Below are positions 36,542 to 38,234 of a stretch of 38,234 nucleotides of DNA, piece after piece. The translations under genes and the position numbers were made by a program. The notes beneath the pieces are model-generated. The model ran no database searches, was not told where the DNA came from, and saw nothing but the letters and a program-made list of their open reading frames with translations. Position 1 is the stretch's first letter; the number at the start of each line of letters is the position of its first letter. The stretch is from Thermoprotei archaeon (GTDB lineage Archaea > Thermoproteota > Thermoprotei_A > EX4484-217-1), in the NCBI GenBank assembly GCA_021158265.1, contig JAGGUY010000037.1:1-38234 (forward strand). Direction: 5' to 3'.

Positions 36542-38005
36542 ATGGTTATTACAAGCATACTTAAGCTTAAGTGGGGCTTTATAAGGGATCCAATTTATAA
36601 TTACATACCTTTCATAAAGGAAGTTGAAGGCAGAATTATAGATACACCATATGTTCAAAGACTTAGAAGAATACATCAACTCCAAATTGCTCACTACATA
36701 TATCCTGGAGCTGACCATAAAAGGTTTCAGCATAGCTTGGGCGTAATGCACTTAGCTGGATTATTTAGTGAACACTTACTTTCAACTGCTGTAGCGCTTG
36801 AGGGAGAAAATGTTCTTGAAGGTTTTTCCCTTCAGGAATTAATTGAAGCCTCTAGAATTGCAGGATTACTCCACGATGTAGGGCATGGGCCTTACAGTCA
36901 CTCTTTTGAAGACTCTGTTCTTTTGAAAAGTGATGTTCTCAAAAAGGAGGGGTTAAACGATCATGAAAAAGTAGGTGTTGCACTAATAAAATACACTGAT
37001 CTAGGAAGTTTAATAGATAAAATAGGTAAAGAATACGGGTTCGATAATCTTTATGATTTAGTATTAAAGCTTCTAGAACATTACAATCCAACATATCCTA
37101 ACATTATTAAATTACTTCAGAAGGTTGTCAAGAACTGGATTTACCCCGCAGACATTATGGACTTCCTCATTAGAGATAGTTATTATGCTGGAACTAAGGA
37201 GTATGGCACAATAGACTACTATAGGCTGATATTCTACAGTTATCCATATAAGGACCTAATAGTTCTTGATGAGAAAAACATTAACACGCTAAGAAGTTTT
37301 CTGCAAAGTAGGCAGTACATGTTTGAAACAGTTTACTTACATCCTATTTGTAGATCATTTGAACATACAATACAGTTAATGTTAAGCCATGCTAAGGAGG
37401 CTCTCGATTTAGAAGGTCGTGTACTAAGTATTAAGGAAGGTAAGCCTGAACGCTACTTAGAGCTTGATGATTACTCCATACTATATATGATAAGGTCTTT
37501 AAACAATAATTCTGAAGATGTAAAGAAAGCTAAGCAGTATGCTGAAGACATAATTAATCGTAGAAAAAGATGGAAACCTGTAGGTAAACCCTATGAGATA
37601 TCTTTACCTGCACATAATGCTCCATTCTTCTATAAGTTTGGAGACCCAGCTATTGCTGCTAAGGAAATAATGAGGGTTCTTAGAGAACACTTAATAGATA
37701 GGGGATTTAAAGAATTCGTAGACGACTTCTGGATAGACCACAACATGAGGAGGACATTACCTGCTCTACCATATCCTCTACATTTCATTCATTTAGCGAG
37801 AAAACTAGAGGGAACAATAAAAATTGTTGATGGTATACCACTATCTAAAATTCTTGAGGATGCAGGTCTTCAACCTAAAATTACCTACACAGTCTATGGG
37901 CCCATAAACATTTTGAAAGATTTTGAGAAAAGAAAGGCTTTGGAAGAGATAATTCATAACGTCTTTATCGAAGTCTTCGGTACTACACCGGGAGTAACTA
38001 TGTAG
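36542..38005 (+). CDS. HD-domain phosphohydrolase (SAMHD1/dNTPase-like)
   Basis: IRDPIY, QRLRRIHQL, YPGA.H.RFQHSLG, LLHDVGHGPYSH.FE, D..DFL.RDSY and VYLH motifs. Confidence 0.9.
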   Translation: MVITSILKLKWGFIRDPIYNYIPFIKEVEGRIIDTPYVQRLRRIHQLQIAHYIYPGADHKRFQHSLGVMHLAGLFSEHLLSTAVALEGENVLEGFSLQELIEASRIAGLLHDVGHGPYSHSFEDSVLLKSDVLKKEGLNDHEKVGVALIKYTDLGSLIDKIGKEYGFDNLYDLVLKLLEHYNPTYPNIIKLLQKVVKNWIYPADIMDFLIRDSYYAGTKEYGTIDYYRLIFYSYPYKDLIVLDEKNINTLRSFLQSRQYMFETVYLHPICRSFEHTIQLMLSHAKEALDLEGRVLSIKEGKPERYLELDDYSILYMIRSLNNNSEDVKKAKQYAEDIINRRKRWKPVGKPYEISLPAHNAPFFYKFGDPAIAAKEIMRVLREHLIDRGFKEFVDDFWIDHNMRRTLPALPYPLHFIHLARKLEGTIKIVDGIPLSKILEDAGLQPKITYTVYGPINILKDFEKRKALEEIIHNVFIEVFGTTPGVTM

Positions 38006-38019
38006 AAAAAATCTAGTGT

Positions 38020-38196
38020 TTAGACAACTATTCTAACTTTTTTTGACTTAGCTCTTCTGATTTTCTCTCGTTCCTCACGTAGCAATTCCATAAGGGCTTT
38101 TCTTATAACTTCGCTACGAGTTTCTCCTCTAAGCTCAGCATATTGGTCTATAAGCTCCAATAGTTCCTCCTCTATTTTAAAAGTAACTACTCTCAT
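38020..38196 (-). CDS. Ribbon-helix-helix (CopG-like) regulator, 58 aa; absent from the ORF track
   Basis: [39 protein letters not shown]...; GGAGGCGGGG upstream. Confidence 0.85.
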   Translation of the reverse strand: MRVVTFKIEEELLELIDQYAELRGETRSEVIRKALMELLREEREKIRRAKSKKVRIVV

Positions 38197-38234
38197 CGAA
38201 CCCCGCCTCCGTATTACTGATTGTATCGAGAGAA

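Overview
Gene-dense chromosomal window from a (hyper)thermophilic archaeon of crenarchaeal/TACK type, judged from reverse gyrase, crenarchaeal SSB, DUF2192, TackOD1 and GGTG/GGAGG ribosome sites. Most genes are housekeeping: mobA, pncB, tsaC, pyk, rgy, cysS, aminotransferases, PhoU regulator, Ard1/RimI and an HD hydrolase. Accessory or unexpected content: (1) an F420 operon cofD-cofC-[two paralogous pol-beta-fold nucleotidyltransferases]-cofE, plus a stand-alone FrhB/FpoF-like gene; (2) a TnpA-less, IS607-like element (15874-17396) carrying intact tnpB and a divergent ~48-aa AbrB-like gene, apparently nested in a decayed, oppositely oriented element of the same design; (3) three canonical and one atypical box C/D guide RNA candidates, some with readable tRNA/16S targets; (4) a pilin-less type IV pilus module flanked by a degenerate KaiC/ArlH-like gene and a TackOD1 gene; (5) two genes whose conserved N-termini lack a canonical start codon. 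All family calls come from motif recognition by eye; no database searches were run.
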